DNA of 63,247 bases, filler included, from Saprolegnia diclina VS20 (Eukaryota), in NCBI RefSeq assembly GCF_000281045.1. It is 3 parts of 2 records of this genome, joined end to end, with 100 filler letters (N's around TTAATTAATTAA, not from the genome) between each part and the next. Parts side by side here need not be neighbours in the genome. Positions count along the whole stretch, not along the records: positions 1 to 26,243 come from NW_008246094.1; 2 more parts are not named here. One strand, written 5' to 3'. Below are positions 13,652 through 24,644 of the stretch, piece by piece. Below the pieces are notes generated by a model. The model ran no database searches and had not been told where the DNA came from. It worked only from the letters and a program-made list of their open reading frames with translations. The position numbers and the translations under genes are program-made. How positions within the stretch are numbered: the first letter of the stretch is position 1; each line of letters starts with the position of its first letter.

Positions 13652-16389
13652 ATGCCCCCGATGGACCCGAACGTGGCCGCAAGCCTCCAGGCGCTCGGCG
13701 CCGAGTTCGCCATCCGCGGCGACGAGCTCCTCAAGCTCAACCCGGTCGTCGCCACCATGGCCAAGAAGGGCAAGAGCTTCAAGTCGGGCTGGGTCGAGTA
13801 CTACGTGTGCCTCCACAACAACCTGCTGTACTACTACCGCGAGATGCGCGAGCTCCCGAGTGGCGTGCTGAGCCTCGACGGCTGCAGCGTCGAGTCGGTC
13901 GATATCATTTACAAGAACAAGAGCGCGAACGAGTCGCATATCTTGGCCGAGGAGTGCGGTCCATGCTTCAAGGTCACGAGCCGCCTCCAGCGGTCGCTGC
14001 TCTTCCGCGCCCGCTCCAACGACGTGAGGATAGACTGGATCCGGCGATTGCAGCAGGCCTCGTACGACCATGTGCGCGCGAGCCTCGAGCAGGCGCGCTG
14101 CCAGGTCCGCGACCTCCTCCAGCAAGTCCACGACAACGAACTTCAAATTGCGGCCCAGCGCAAGGAGCTCGAGATGCTCCAGCACACCGCGGTTGCTGTC
14201 CCCATCGAGATGTTTGCCGACCCTGAGCCGCCGCTCTTCCCGACCATGCACCGGCTCCGCGCCGCGCCGTCGTCGTCCGATGGCATCGACACGGCGGCGC
14301 TGACCAAAGCCACGTCCGAGCTCGCCGAGCTCACGCGCAACTTGCAGCAGTCGCTCTCGATGAAGATGCACACGACGCAGACGCCCCACGAGACAGGTAC
14401 GATATTGCTGTCGTGTACAGCGCTAATGCTGGCGTAGGCGCCGACGAGCTGGTGCAAAAGAAGAACCCGCGCAGCGTCTTGAACGCGCTGGAGAAGGTCA
14501 TGGCCGACATGCTCGAGGTCAGCGACGACGACATTCGTCGACACAAGTCGCAACGCCCGTCGCGCCCGACGCTCGAGAGCCTCCGGTCAACGCAAGCGGT
14601 GCCGACGCCCATCATGCTGCTCGAGCACTCGCCGTCGTCGTTCCAGTCGCGCTACGGCACCAAGCCAGGTATGTTTCTAGTATCAAGTTGGCTTTGTTTC
14701 AATCTGGCTACATATATATAGAGCCCGACCATACCGAAGATTCGGGCTGGTCGACGCCCAAGCCCACGGGCGGCATGCGCGACTACCGTCTCTCTGAAGT
14801 ACGACACGCGAGATTGCACTTTCCAGTGCAAACTCAAACGTGCCAACTCAAAACCATGGGTTTTGACACAAATTTGTAGGACGACGAGTTGCGGCTGTCG
14901 AAGACGAGCATGCTCTCGAGCTTCCACAAGGCCGGCGACGAGCTCACGTCGCTCCTCGTGCGCCCCGATATGATTGTCGTCACGAGTCTTCTCACGACGT
15001 GCCAGCGCAGCGACAAGGTTGGCCCACGGCGCTTTTTGAGTCGTGAAACTCAAAACATTCGTGTAGATGGCGCTATTGTTGCCGCTTTTGCGTGTTTACG
15101 GCAGCCGCCACGCACTCTACAAGCTCATGCAGTGGTCCATCGACACGGAGGTAGTCCTCGCCACTTGTGCTAGCTACTAACTGTTTCTACATGGTAGGTG
15201 CAATCCGCGCTGTCGCTGCAGACGCTGTTTCGATCCGACGACTACTCGAGTCGGCTCCTCTCCATGTACTCGAAATCCGTGGGTCTGCGCTTCATCCATA
15301 CCGCGCTCTCGGAACACATCCGTGCGCTGTGCACCGACAAGCACATTGAGGACTATGAGCTCAACATCGCCAAGGACCCGGTACATACACACACAATCTA
15401 TGGACGCCTGCAAGCCATATATCAACTAGAGCCTCGCCGACCCGCTCAAACTCCAGATCAACGCGCAGAATCTCATGGACGCGTGCCAGACGATTGTGGA
15501 TGCAATCTACAACCACATGGACCAGCTCCCGCTCTCGTTTGCGCACGTCTGTCGGTACCTCAAAGAGAAGCTCATCGAGCGCTTCCTCGACAAGAACGAA
15601 GCCGAGAACGACGGCAACAGCTCCGCTGTCAAGGTACTTTGCTTGTCGTCTATTTTTCGGGATTTTATCCGTATTTTCTAGGCCATCATGGGCGGTTTTC
15701 TCTTTTTACGGTTTATTTGTCCCGCGATCACCACCCCCCACGCGTATGGCCTTGTGCCCGAAGTCCCAAACGCCAACAGCCGCCGCATCCTCGTGCTCGT
15801 CACGAAGCTCCTCTTCAACTCGTCGACCGAAGTCGAGTTTGGCGTCAAGGAGCCGTACATGCGGTACAAGACGTTTTATTGCGTTTTTTCAACCGGGATT
15901 AGGGTCGTCAATTCGTTTATCGTGAAAAACGCACCGCGCATGGCGTTTTTGTACACGCGCCTCACGACCGCGCGCGAAGGCGACGTCGAGGCGTGCTTTG
16001 ATGCGGACAGCGACGGCATCTTTACCAACATCAACCCGGACCAGCTCGGCCAAGACCGACAAGACGTACATTTTTCTCGATTTTTCTCGATTTTTTTTGT
16101 CTATTTTGCTCAACGAGGCGTGTAGATTACGCTGACACTGCGCAAGCACGTCGACGAAGTCGTTGCCAAGGTCGGTCAGTCGTCCGAGCCATTAGCCGCC
16201 AAGCTGCGGACTCTCATGGAGCCGACGGACGCCGACGACCTCGACATGGTGGGCAGCGTCGCCCACGAAGCCGACGAAGACGAAGAGGAGGTCGTCCAGT
16301 CCAACTCGATCTTGAAGGACCCGAGCGACCGGTCGAGCCGCTCGATGATGTCGTTCTTCCGCCGCGGTTTTGCCAACCACCGAGATTAA
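13652..16389 (+). CDS. PH domain + coiled coil + RasGAP domain protein (multi-exon)
   Basis: PH features (W..YYV.L..NLLYYY..P.G...L; DWIRRLQ); RasGAP arginine finger TLFRS and FLRFICPAITTP; KEPYM; stop at 16387-16389. Confidence 0.88.
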
Positions 16390-16624
16390 TCGTATTTTAC
16401 CATTTTCTAGCTCCTTATTTTGTCGACATTATTACATTATACCAAAGGTACCTCCAAGGGACGCCGCAGACTGCGCGTCCCAACTGGTGGGCGGCTTTGT
16501 GAGGGTCAGAAGTGCGTCACGTTGGCATTTCAATCTACTGGCCGACTATATCTTCCTCGCAACGACTAGGTAACATTGCATGGAAAATGTACTCGATAGA
16601 TTGATACTAGACTGTATAGAGTGT

Positions 16625-19600
16625 CTACGGGCCCGACGTCGGCGGCGGCTTGGGGAAGGCGCCCATCGGCGGCTTGCCCCGGAGCATCGCGCCCATCGTG
16701 TCGCTCGAGTTGGCGCGGCGCACGCGATGAAATGGCACGTCGACCTCGGTGCTCTTGGGCGCTTCGTCGACCATGCTCGTGAGCTTCCAGCTCGCGTCCT
16801 TGAGCTCCGAGAGGTCCGTGTCGCTCACGTGCGCGCGCCCAAGGCTGCCTTTTGTCTCGTCGCTGTCGCTTCCATTGGTCAGCGCAGCAATGACGCGCTG
16901 CTGCTCGAGGATGATCTTCTTCATGTGTACGAACGTCAAGTCGTCTTCTTGGTCGTGGAGCTGCGAATTCGCGCGCAAAATGTCTTCAATCACAACGCCG
17001 CGGCTCAGCGCGTTGTTGTAGAGCAGCCACGTCTGGATCTTGCCCGGCACGTAGATGGCCGAGAGGAGCGTAATGACGCCGAGGCAGACGCCGCCAAGCA
17101 CCACGTCGTGGGCAAAGTAGATGGCAATGCCGAGCCGGTTGTCCGAACCGGAGAACAGCAGCGTCCACGAGCCGACAGCGGCCGCGAGGTAGTAGACCGC
17201 CACCGCGCACGCGACCATGCCGTCGACCGACGTCGTCGCATACAGGACAGCAGCCACGTTGACAAGGACGACGACGAGCTTGAGGAACCGAATGCCGCCC
17301 GACTCGGCAAACGGCGCGTCCAGAAAAGCCGCAAACACCACGAGGTTCAAGCCGAGGAGGCCGACGAGCACCGTGAGCGGCAGCCACGACGCTTCGGCCG
17401 CAAACGAGTGGTACGCGTCGTCGGCCGTGAGGAGCGCGAGGCCGACGCCGACGTAGACGAGCGACTTGGCAAAGACGCACGCCTTGGCCCACGGCCGGAG
17501 GTGCGCAAAGTACATGTTTTCGTCCTTGAACCAGGCGAGCCAGCTCTGGTTGCCGTGGCCACCTTCGCCGCGGAGCCAGCGCACCCAAACCCGCGCGTCT
17601 TCGAGCACGTCCGACCACTCGAACGCGAGCGGGTTGAACCAGAACGGCGAGCACGTCCACGAAAACACGACGAGCCAGAGCGACCACGTGAGCGCTACGT
17701 ACTGCGTCGTCGCCGTGTACGCAAAGTACAAGCTGAGCGCGGCCGCGATCTCGGTGCCGGCGTACAGATGCGAGCTCGCGTAGAATCGAAAGAGGTCGTC
17801 AAAGTGCGAGTGCTTGGTGACAAAGCCACGGCCCGTCGCGCGGTACTTGGCGCCGCCCGCGAGCAGCGTCTGGCCATAGTAAAACCACTTGGTGCCAATG
17901 TGGAAGAGAAAGTAGAGCGGGCCGCCCGTGACCACCACCATCGCGACTTCGGTGAGCGCGGCCTTGAACCCGCGCTCGACGCTGATCGTTGCCAGCATCG
18001 GCGCCGTCGTCAGGAACGCGACGAGGCCGAGCATGACCTGGAGCTGCGAGAGAATGACGGCTTCGCGGCCGCCAATGCCTTCAAGGCCGAGGAGCGACCG
18101 CAGCAGTTGAATGTACGTCAGCACAAAGACGGTCCAGATGATGAACGACATCGAGAGGTAAAAGCCGACGTGGTTGTAGTAGAACGAGAGCAGCTTGAAA
18201 AAGTCGAGGCGGTGCGCGAGCCGGTACACGTCGCGCGACAGCGACTGCTCGGCCGCGCCTTGCGCGAGCTTGGCTTCAAACTTGTAGATTTGCTGCATGC
18301 CCACGTCCCGGCCCTTCCCGCACTTGATGTACTCGGGGAACGCGACCGTGCCGCCGCGGAGACAGTTGTTGTAGCCGGCGAAAATGTCCTCCGACAAGTT
18401 GATGCCACGGCTCGCCTTGGAGATGCCACCGCGCGTCATGAAGAAGAGCTTGTTGAAGATGTCCGGGTGGCCGTAATGCATGCGCACGCGGAGCGGCCGC
18501 GTCAGCGTCCGCTGGCCGAGCGTCACAAACGACGTCTCTTGGAGCGCCATGTAATTCGCGAGCGAGCTAATGCTGCCCGTGAAAATGTGCTCCGGGAGCC
18601 CCACGATCGTGACCGGGCGCGGGCCGCTCGTAAACGTCTGCAGCACGTTGCGCATCTTGAGGGCCTCCTCGACGTATCCGTCTTGGTTCATATCGATCGT
18701 CTGAACATGCTCGCCGCGCGTAAAGATGATGGCGTGGTTCTGGTTCTCGGGCTTGCCTTCGCCAAGGATCGGGTTCCCAGGAAGCCGAATGCGGTAGCAC
18801 TCGATCGTCTCGTGCAGCGTCTCGGTGCCCTTGACGAGCACCGAAAAGTACGACAGGTCCTTCTGGTAGTTGACGCGCACTTCGTCAATGTACGCGACGC
18901 GCAGATTCGGGAACCGGTGCAGCAAGTACTCAATGTCCTTGGCCTTCGGGTCGTTGTTGCGCTTTTGGCGGCCGTACACTTGGCACGCGACCACGTACGT
19001 AAACTTGGTCTTGACAATGTCCTCGATCGCATTCGCGGGCACTTGCTCGAGGTCGCCAAGGAGCCGGATCGCGGCTTCGCCGTACATCATGCCCTGCACC
19101 GTCCGCGCGAGCGTCTGGCCGCGCAGCGACGCCCACAGCCGGAGCTCTTGCGCCGTGTGCGCGTCCTTCCACAAGTTCTTCTTGGGCTGCACGCGCTCCA
19201 AAAAGTTCTCCCAGTCGTGCTTGTAGAGCGTCTGGAGGTACAGCAGCGTGTGCACGTCGAGGCCGTCGCGCTTCGACTCGAGGTCGGCCTTGGAGTAGAG
19301 CACGTCTTCGGCGTAGAACGGCGTCATGACCGAGTACGACTGCATCTCATCGATCGCGGGCGCCGACGGCATGTCCATAAAGAGCGAGTTGACAAAGAAG
19401 AGGAGGCGGCGTCGCGCGTCGTGCGACCGGGGCTCGGCCTCGGCCTTTTGAAGCGTGAGGAGGCCGCGGAGGTGCGCGACCGCCGTGAGCGCGTGCGGGT
19501 CGAACACCAAGAGCGTCAGCTGCTCGCTGCTGTACTCGTCGTCCCACATGAAGCCACGCTCTTGCGTGAGCACCCACGTGAGGCGGTCGCTCATGGCCTT

Positions 19601-22600
19601 GGACTCGGGCACGAGCACGTCGGCTTCGTCGACGACCGCGAGCATCGCCTTGATCGTGTTGAGGAACGTCCGGACCTTCTCGCGCAGCTGCAGCAAGTGG
19701 ACTTGGGGAATCGGCGTCACGAGCGATTTCGTCGACGGCGCGGCCGACGGGATCTGCTGCAGCGCCGCAATGCGCGCGACGCCCGAGCCGCGCGACCGCC
19801 GCGGTACATCTGCCGACCCCATGGACGCCAGCCCGGTCGTGGACGCCGACTTGTGCATGACCGTCGACTTGGTCGCAGCGCCGTGTTGAAACTGCGCATA
19901 CTCGCTCGGCGGCTTGCGCACCGGAATGTTCTTGGCCGACGCCTTCCAGTGCGGCATCTGCGCCTGGAGCAAGCCGAGGACGTCGGCGAGCGCGGACGCG
20001 GCCGCGCCGAGCTTTTGCCACTGCACGCCGTGGTACAACCCGCGGTCGATCCAGCCCGCAAACGCCGCGCAGATGAAGCGCACGTCGTTCGAGTGACACG
20101 GCCCGAGCACGTTGTTGAGCACCCAGTTCGTGAGCTCCCACACCTCGCCGATCGCCTCGTCGACCATCGGCGCGTCGTGCAGCAAGTCGGCGATGCTTGC
20201 GCTCGTGAGCACGTCGGTCTGCGTCTTGACATGCAGCGTAAACTGCTCGAAACAGCCCGCGAGCTGGAAGAGCGGGAGGTACACGCCGCGCTCAAAGTTG
20301 GGAATGCGCTGGAACTTGAGGCGCGCGAGCTCGGCATTGTTCAAAAAGTCGTCGGCGCGGAGCGAGTCGACAATCGTGTCCCACGCCGTTGCAAACGACG
20401 TCCACTTGCGCCGGCGCTCGAGGTGTTTCTCGGCGCGCGACGGCGTCCGGCGCGTAAAACTCAGCAGCGGCGTCGACGACGACTTGGTGCGCGCGCCGGG
20501 CACGAGCACATCGTCGAGCGACAACACTTCTTGGTGCAACGTGCCGTAGCTCGACGTCGTCAGCGCCGACGCAAGCTCGCCGCCTGTCTTGCTGTCCTTC
20601 GAGACGAGCTTGGTGTTGAACGCGTCGGCGGCCCGGAAGAACGCGTGGCGCGCGCGGTCAAACGTGCGCACTTCGCCAATCTTGAGCGAAAAGCCCACAA
20701 ATGTCCCGCAAAACGCGACCCAGATCGAGTTCCAAATCGTCATATCGATGCAGAATATCATAAAGAACGGCAGCCACTGGAGCAGCATGAGCCCGGACGT
20801 CAAGAGCAAACTCACGTCGTTCTCAACATGGTCCGCAAAGAGGAGCAGCGTCGGCGTCACGAGCGGCACAATCTCAAACTTGTACGAGAACAGCAGCTTC
20901 CACGCAATGAGCGAGACCCAAAAGCACTGGTACTGCACCGAGTCGGCCGCAGTGTCGAGCACATTGTCGCCCACGTAGAGCTTGTTGAGCGGCGAGAGCG
21001 TATCGCGCACGACCACCAAGAGCGGCCACGTGCTCTGGCGCAGCCACGTGGTCGTGCCGGGCGCGACTTGCAGCAGCGCGTTCAGCACCGTCGGGATGTG
21101 CACGACGCCCGTGAGCACGTAAAAGCTGCGCCAGTACGACGGCGTGTTCCACGCATACCAGTACAAAAGACCGCAGAGCGTCGCGGCCGCAAGCCGCAGC
21201 ACAAGCCGCACCACAAGCCGCAGCACGTGCAGCAGCGGGACGCTCGGGTGGTACATGACAGCGACGTCGAGGCTCGCCCAAAAGACGCCGAGGAAGATCG
21301 GCGACAAGAGCACGCTTGCAAGCACATGCAGCGTCGTCGCCGTCGTCATGGCCGCGTGCTGCGTAAACGCAACAGCCACAAGCAGGTGGAACGACACGAT
21401 GTGGAACTCAAACACACGCTTGAACGCGCGGATCGCTGTGAGCCAGTGCCGCTTCTCATAGTATGTCTTGGTCGCGCTCGACCACGCGGTCGCGATCGGC
21501 GGGCCGGCAAAGCTGGCGTCGCTGTTGTGGTACTCGGGGCTCTTGTAGTCAAACTGGAGGCAGTGGGGCGTCCAAAAGAACTCGTTAAAGTCGTCGTAGT
21601 TGCGCCGGTTCTCGTGGTCGAGCTGGTTGGCGACCATCTCGGTTCTCAAGAGCGTGTAAATTGGCGTAATGACCGCGTCCAAAAAGTACCCGGGGTCCCG
21701 GTACCCGCGCGACGTGGCGTACTCGGTCTTCATCTGGTGAAAGAGAAAGCTAAGGAACTCGGGGGCGTGCCGGCAGTTGCTCGCCTCGCCCCAAATGAAG
21801 AAGAAGAGGCAGAGGTCCGTGACCACGTCCTCGACGCTGCTGCCGCCGACGGCCGGCGCCACGTGCAGCTTGCGACACCACTGGTGGTAGTTTTCAAACA
21901 CCGACTTGTGCAAGACAAGGTACGGGTTCTGGCTCCCGCGCGACACGTTGGTCAGCAGCACGAGCAAATGCTCCATCTGATTGTGCGCGTTGGCCGGCTG
22001 GAACCCAAACGTGCGGGCGACATGCGTCGCAATCTTGCCCAGCGGCGCAAAGGGCTGCATCTTGGGCGGCAGCGCGTGCAGTGCAAAGAGGTTGGGCGCC
22101 GACGACAGCTCGGGCTTCCACGCCCGCGCGTCCGTGCTCGCAAACGGCATCTTGCTGCTGCCAGCGCCGGGCGTTAGCACCGGGTGCTGCAGCCACACGA
22201 GCAGCTGCAGGAGCAGCATCGAGACTGCCAAAAGCCCCCACGTCGCATAGAGCTCCCAGCAGTACACCGTACACAGTGGCTGCGGCGGTGCGCCCGAGAG
22301 AAGCGTGCCAAACGCGTACCAGAGCCCGATGGCAAAGTCGCCGTTGCTCACAAACCGAGAGACCGCCAGCACGATCGCGACCGCGCCGAGCACCGACGTG
22401 GCGACGATTTCCAGCAGGATCGTCGACGAGACGACCAGTGGCGCCGTCAAACTCAGCGAAAAGAGGCAGCCCGACACGATCTGCAGCGCCACAGTCGACG
22501 AGAGCTCGATCGCGCCAAAGCCCGCGACGACGACGACCAGCACCGCGCTGCCCGCGAGCGCCGAGGTGCGCACAAGGCCCGAGAGGCCGCCAAAGACCAT

Positions 22601-24124
22601 GCCGCAGAGGAGCGCGAGCGCTGTTGGGACAAACGGAAGCGACACGAGGCCGACGTTGAAGAGCGTGTAGAAGAGGCACGTGCTCAGCGTCGTAGTCGCG
22701 AGCGGCGCTGCGAGCCAGCTCGCCGCGTGCCCCAAGACGCCAATGTACAACCCGACAAGGCCGAGCAGACCGGCGCCAACGTGCAGCGCGTACGTCCATG
22801 CTGGCAGCGACGTGTACCACGGCAGGCCAAACTCGACCGGGTGCGCAGCGATCCAGTCGCGCGTTGGGTACGCCGGCGGGTTGCAGCCGAGCGACGTGTA
22901 CTCGTTGCGCGGACCTTGGTAGACGCGGACATAGTCGATGGTAAAGTTGGAGGGCCAGAGCGAGTCGCAGAGCTGGCCGTCGCACGGCGGCGAAAACTTC
23001 TCCGACACGGCCGTCGAGATGATGAGGTAGCTCGGCTCGACCGGGATCATGCGTGGCGGGATGCCGTCGGCCCACTTGTTGAGCGCGGCGCCGGCGACCT
23101 CGAAAAGGAAGTTGTTGTCGAGCCACCAACGAATGTAGCCGTCGTAGCCCGGCATCCACTCGAGCCGGTACGTGTGGTACCGAAGGAAGGCGTCGGTCTG
23201 GAGCTGCGTGAGCGCCGAGATCGAGTCGCGCCCGCGCTCGCCGTAGTAGTCGCTGTTGATCTTGGTGTAGTTGCCAAACGTGAGGTTCGAGTACCACTGG
23301 GTCGGGCCTGGGAGGTTGCCCGAGTCCGGGCGCATTGCGTCCGTCAAGCCCGGGCTGAGCTGGAGCGACGTCGACATGAACGCCGGGTCGTCCTTCTTCT
23401 TGATCTGAATCTCAAACACATCAATCTCGGTCGCGCCGCGGCCTTGGCGCGGGTGAAGGCCGTACTTTTCGGGGAGCGAGCTCGGGTCGTCCGGGTCCGT
23501 GAGGTTGTTGCACGCGCTGACCTTTTGCGGAATGTCAATCATGTCGTCCATGGGCACGCAATAGTCGAGCGTCCACGGCCACATGCCTTCTTGGGACCCG
23601 AGGTACGTGGCGCGCCCGAGGTTGCCCATGATCCAAAAGGCCGGCCACGTGCCCGGGATGCCCCACTTGCCCGGCAGAATCGCCTTCATCTCGACGTACC
23701 CGCCCGTAAAGCAAAACTTGTTCCACGTCTGGACGCTCCCGCTCACATAGTGCGCATCGTGGAAGGGCGTCTTTGGCTTGGAGGTCGTAATGACCAAGTT
23801 GCCGCCGTCGGTCTGGACAGCCTTGGGCGAAAAGTAGTGCTGGCCCATGTTGGTCGTGTCAATGTGCTCGAGCGCCGTCCATTTCCGGTCAAAGCCCGAC
23901 TCGAACGGCCGGCTATCCGTATTGAACTCGTCCGAGAAGACGAGCCGGTACTCGTTGGTGGTCTGCGACTCGAAGAAGTTGACACCGCCGGTCCTTGGCA
24001 CGCCGATGACCTTGGCGTCCTCCGGCGTATCAGGATCGATCCACGAGGCCTCGTCGCTCGCTGCGGCAACTACGCCTACGCCCAGCGCAGCCACCGACGC
24101 GGCGAGGGCGACGACGACGACCAT
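16625..24124 (-). CDS. KRE6/SKN1-like GH16 domain + multi-TM linker + 1,3-beta-glucan synthase (FKS/callose synthase, GT48) fusion; intronless
   Basis: Hydrophobic signal-like N-terminus; LVFSDEF, WNKFCFTGG, WPAFW, EIDVFE (23411-23428); FKS motifs IWGEASNCRH, NYDDFNEFFW, LRLWASLRGQTLARTV, GEGKPENQNH, DMNQD, HYGHPD, SEDIFAG, GKGRDVG, YRATGRGF. Confidence 0.95.
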   Translation of the reverse strand: MVVVVALAASVAALGVGVVAAASDEASWIDPDTPEDAKVIGVPRTGGVNFFESQTTNEYRLVFSDEFNTDSRPFESGFDRKWTALEHIDTTNMGQHYFSPKAVQTDGGNLVITTSKPKTPFHDAHYVSGSVQTWNKFCFTGGYVEMKAILPGKWGIPGTWPAFWIMGNLGRATYLGSQEGMWPWTLDYCVPMDDMIDIPQKVSACNNLTDPDDPSSLPEKYGLHPRQGRGATEIDVFEIQIKKKDDPAFMSTSLQLSPGLTDAMRPDSGNLPGPTQWYSNLTFGNYTKINSDYYGERGRDSISALTQLQTDAFLRYHTYRLEWMPGYDGYIRWWLDNNFLFEVAGAALNKWADGIPPRMIPVEPSYLIISTAVSEKFSPPCDGQLCDSLWPSNFTIDYVRVYQGPRNEYTSLGCNPPAYPTRDWIAAHPVEFGLPWYTSLPAWTYALHVGAGLLGLVGLYIGVLGHAASWLAAPLATTTLSTCLFYTLFNVGLVSLPFVPTALALLCGMVFGGLSGLVRTSALAGSAVLVVVVAGFGAIELSSTVALQIVSGCLFSLSLTAPLVVSSTILLEIVATSVLGAVAIVLAVSRFVSNGDFAIGLWYAFGTLLSGAPPQPLCTVYCWELYATWGLLAVSMLLLQLLVWLQHPVLTPGAGSSKMPFASTDARAWKPELSSAPNLFALHALPPKMQPFAPLGKIATHVARTFGFQPANAHNQMEHLLVLLTNVSRGSQNPYLVLHKSVFENYHQWCRKLHVAPAVGGSSVEDVVTDLCLFFFIWGEASNCRHAPEFLSFLFHQMKTEYATSRGYRDPGYFLDAVITPIYTLLRTEMVANQLDHENRRNYDDFNEFFWTPHCLQFDYKSPEYHNSDASFAGPPIATAWSSATKTYYEKRHWLTAIRAFKRVFEFHIVSFHLLVAVAFTQHAAMTTATTLHVLASVLLSPIFLGVFWASLDVAVMYHPSVPLLHVLRLVVRLVLRLAAATLCGLLYWYAWNTPSYWRSFYVLTGVVHIPTVLNALLQVAPGTTTWLRQSTWPLLVVVRDTLSPLNKLYVGDNVLDTAADSVQYQCFWVSLIAWKLLFSYKFEIVPLVTPTLLLFADHVENDVSLLLTSGLMLLQWLPFFMIFCIDMTIWNSIWVAFCGTFVGFSLKIGEVRTFDRARHAFFRAADAFNTKLVSKDSKTGGELASALTTSSYGTLHQEVLSLDDVLVPGARTKSSSTPLLSFTRRTPSRAEKHLERRRKWTSFATAWDTIVDSLRADDFLNNAELARLKFQRIPNFERGVYLPLFQLAGCFEQFTLHVKTQTDVLTSASIADLLHDAPMVDEAIGEVWELTNWVLNNVLGPCHSNDVRFICAAFAGWIDRGLYHGVQWQKLGAAASALADVLGLLQAQMPHWKASAKNIPVRKPPSEYAQFQHGAATKSTVMHKSASTTGLASMGSADVPRRSRGSGVARIAALQQIPSAAPSTKSLVTPIPQVHLLQLREKVRTFLNTIKAMLAVVDEADVLVPESKAMSDRLTWVLTQERGFMWDDEYSSEQLTLLVFDPHALTAVAHLRGLLTLQKAEAEPRSHDARRRLLFFVNSLFMDMPSAPAIDEMQSYSVMTPFYAEDVLYSKADLESKRDGLDVHTLLYLQTLYKHDWENFLERVQPKKNLWKDAHTAQELRLWASLRGQTLARTVQGMMYGEAAIRLLGDLEQVPANAIEDIVKTKFTYVVACQVYGRQKRNNDPKAKDIEYLLHRFPNLRVAYIDEVRVNYQKDLSYFSVLVKGTETLHETIECYRIRLPGNPILGEGKPENQNHAIIFTRGEHVQTIDMNQDGYVEEALKMRNVLQTFTSGPRPVTIVGLPEHIFTGSISSLANYMALQETSFVTLGQRTLTRPLRVRMHYGHPDIFNKLFFMTRGGISKASRGINLSEDIFAGYNNCLRGGTVAFPEYIKCGKGRDVGMQQIYKFEAKLAQGAAEQSLSRDVYRLAHRLDFFKLLSFYYNHVGFYLSMSFIIWTVFVLTYIQLLRSLLGLEGIGGREAVILSQLQVMLGLVAFLTTAPMLATISVERGFKAALTEVAMVVVTGGPLYFLFHIGTKWFYYGQTLLAGGAKYRATGRGFVTKHSHFDDLFRFYASSHLYAGTEIAAALSLYFAYTATTQYVALTWSLWLVVFSWTCSPFWFNPLAFEWSDVLEDARVWVRWLRGEGGHGNQSWLAWFKDENMYFAHLRPWAKACVFAKSLVYVGVGLALLTADDAYHSFAAEASWLPLTVLVGLLGLNLVVFAAFLDAPFAESGGIRFLKLVVVLVNVAAVLYATTSVDGMVACAVAVYYLAAAVGSWTLLFSGSDNRLGIAIYFAHDVVLGGVCLGVITLLSAIYVPGKIQTWLLYNNALSRGVVIEDILRANSQLHDQEDDLTFVHMKKIILEQQRVIAALTNGSDSDETKGSLGRAHVSDTDLSELKDASWKLTSMVDEAPKSTEVDVPFHRVRRANSSDTMGAMLRGKPPMGAFPKPPPTSGP

Positions 24125-24644
24125 GAAAATGCGAAATACCCTCCGCTCCGGGCTGCGGCCGCGCCGGATACGCTGCCACCATTGGTATCCGGACAAGACG
24201 CACTGGAATTACGCAGGGTGATGGGGCGTGTCCCAGCCGCGTGAGTGGCCGTGCATAGAAACTTCAAGTCAAACGCGTAATACCCTACGAGACCGGGAAA
24301 ACTCCGGGCGACGTTGAAGCCGTGGCCCACTGATCAGACCGCAGTCTTCTCCTTCTTGGCGTCTGATTTGAGATCTCGCCGAGTTGGCGCCGGCTTCAAC
24401 ATCGTCCTACGCATGAGAAAGGCCGCGTGGCCGCGCCCAAGGGCCGTGGCCCGATGGCCCATCGCCTGCAACGAGATTCACCATGAGCATGGAGGAGCTC
24501 ATGCTCGGGCGAGGACGCGGATGACGCGGCCGTCGACGCCGGAGGACCAGCCACGTGGGGCAGTGCACGCGTGGGTGGCACCGTGCGTCGCTCGCTGTCT
24601 CTTGCGCAAACGACGTTGAAGCCGTCGCGCCGAATCTCCGGATA

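Noticed and set aside
16580..22177. 1865-aa + strand ORF (also 6709-8637, 10309-12426, 22184-24244)
   Set aside because: Antisense shadows of real GC3-biased genes; R/V/A-rich with no recognisable motifs.
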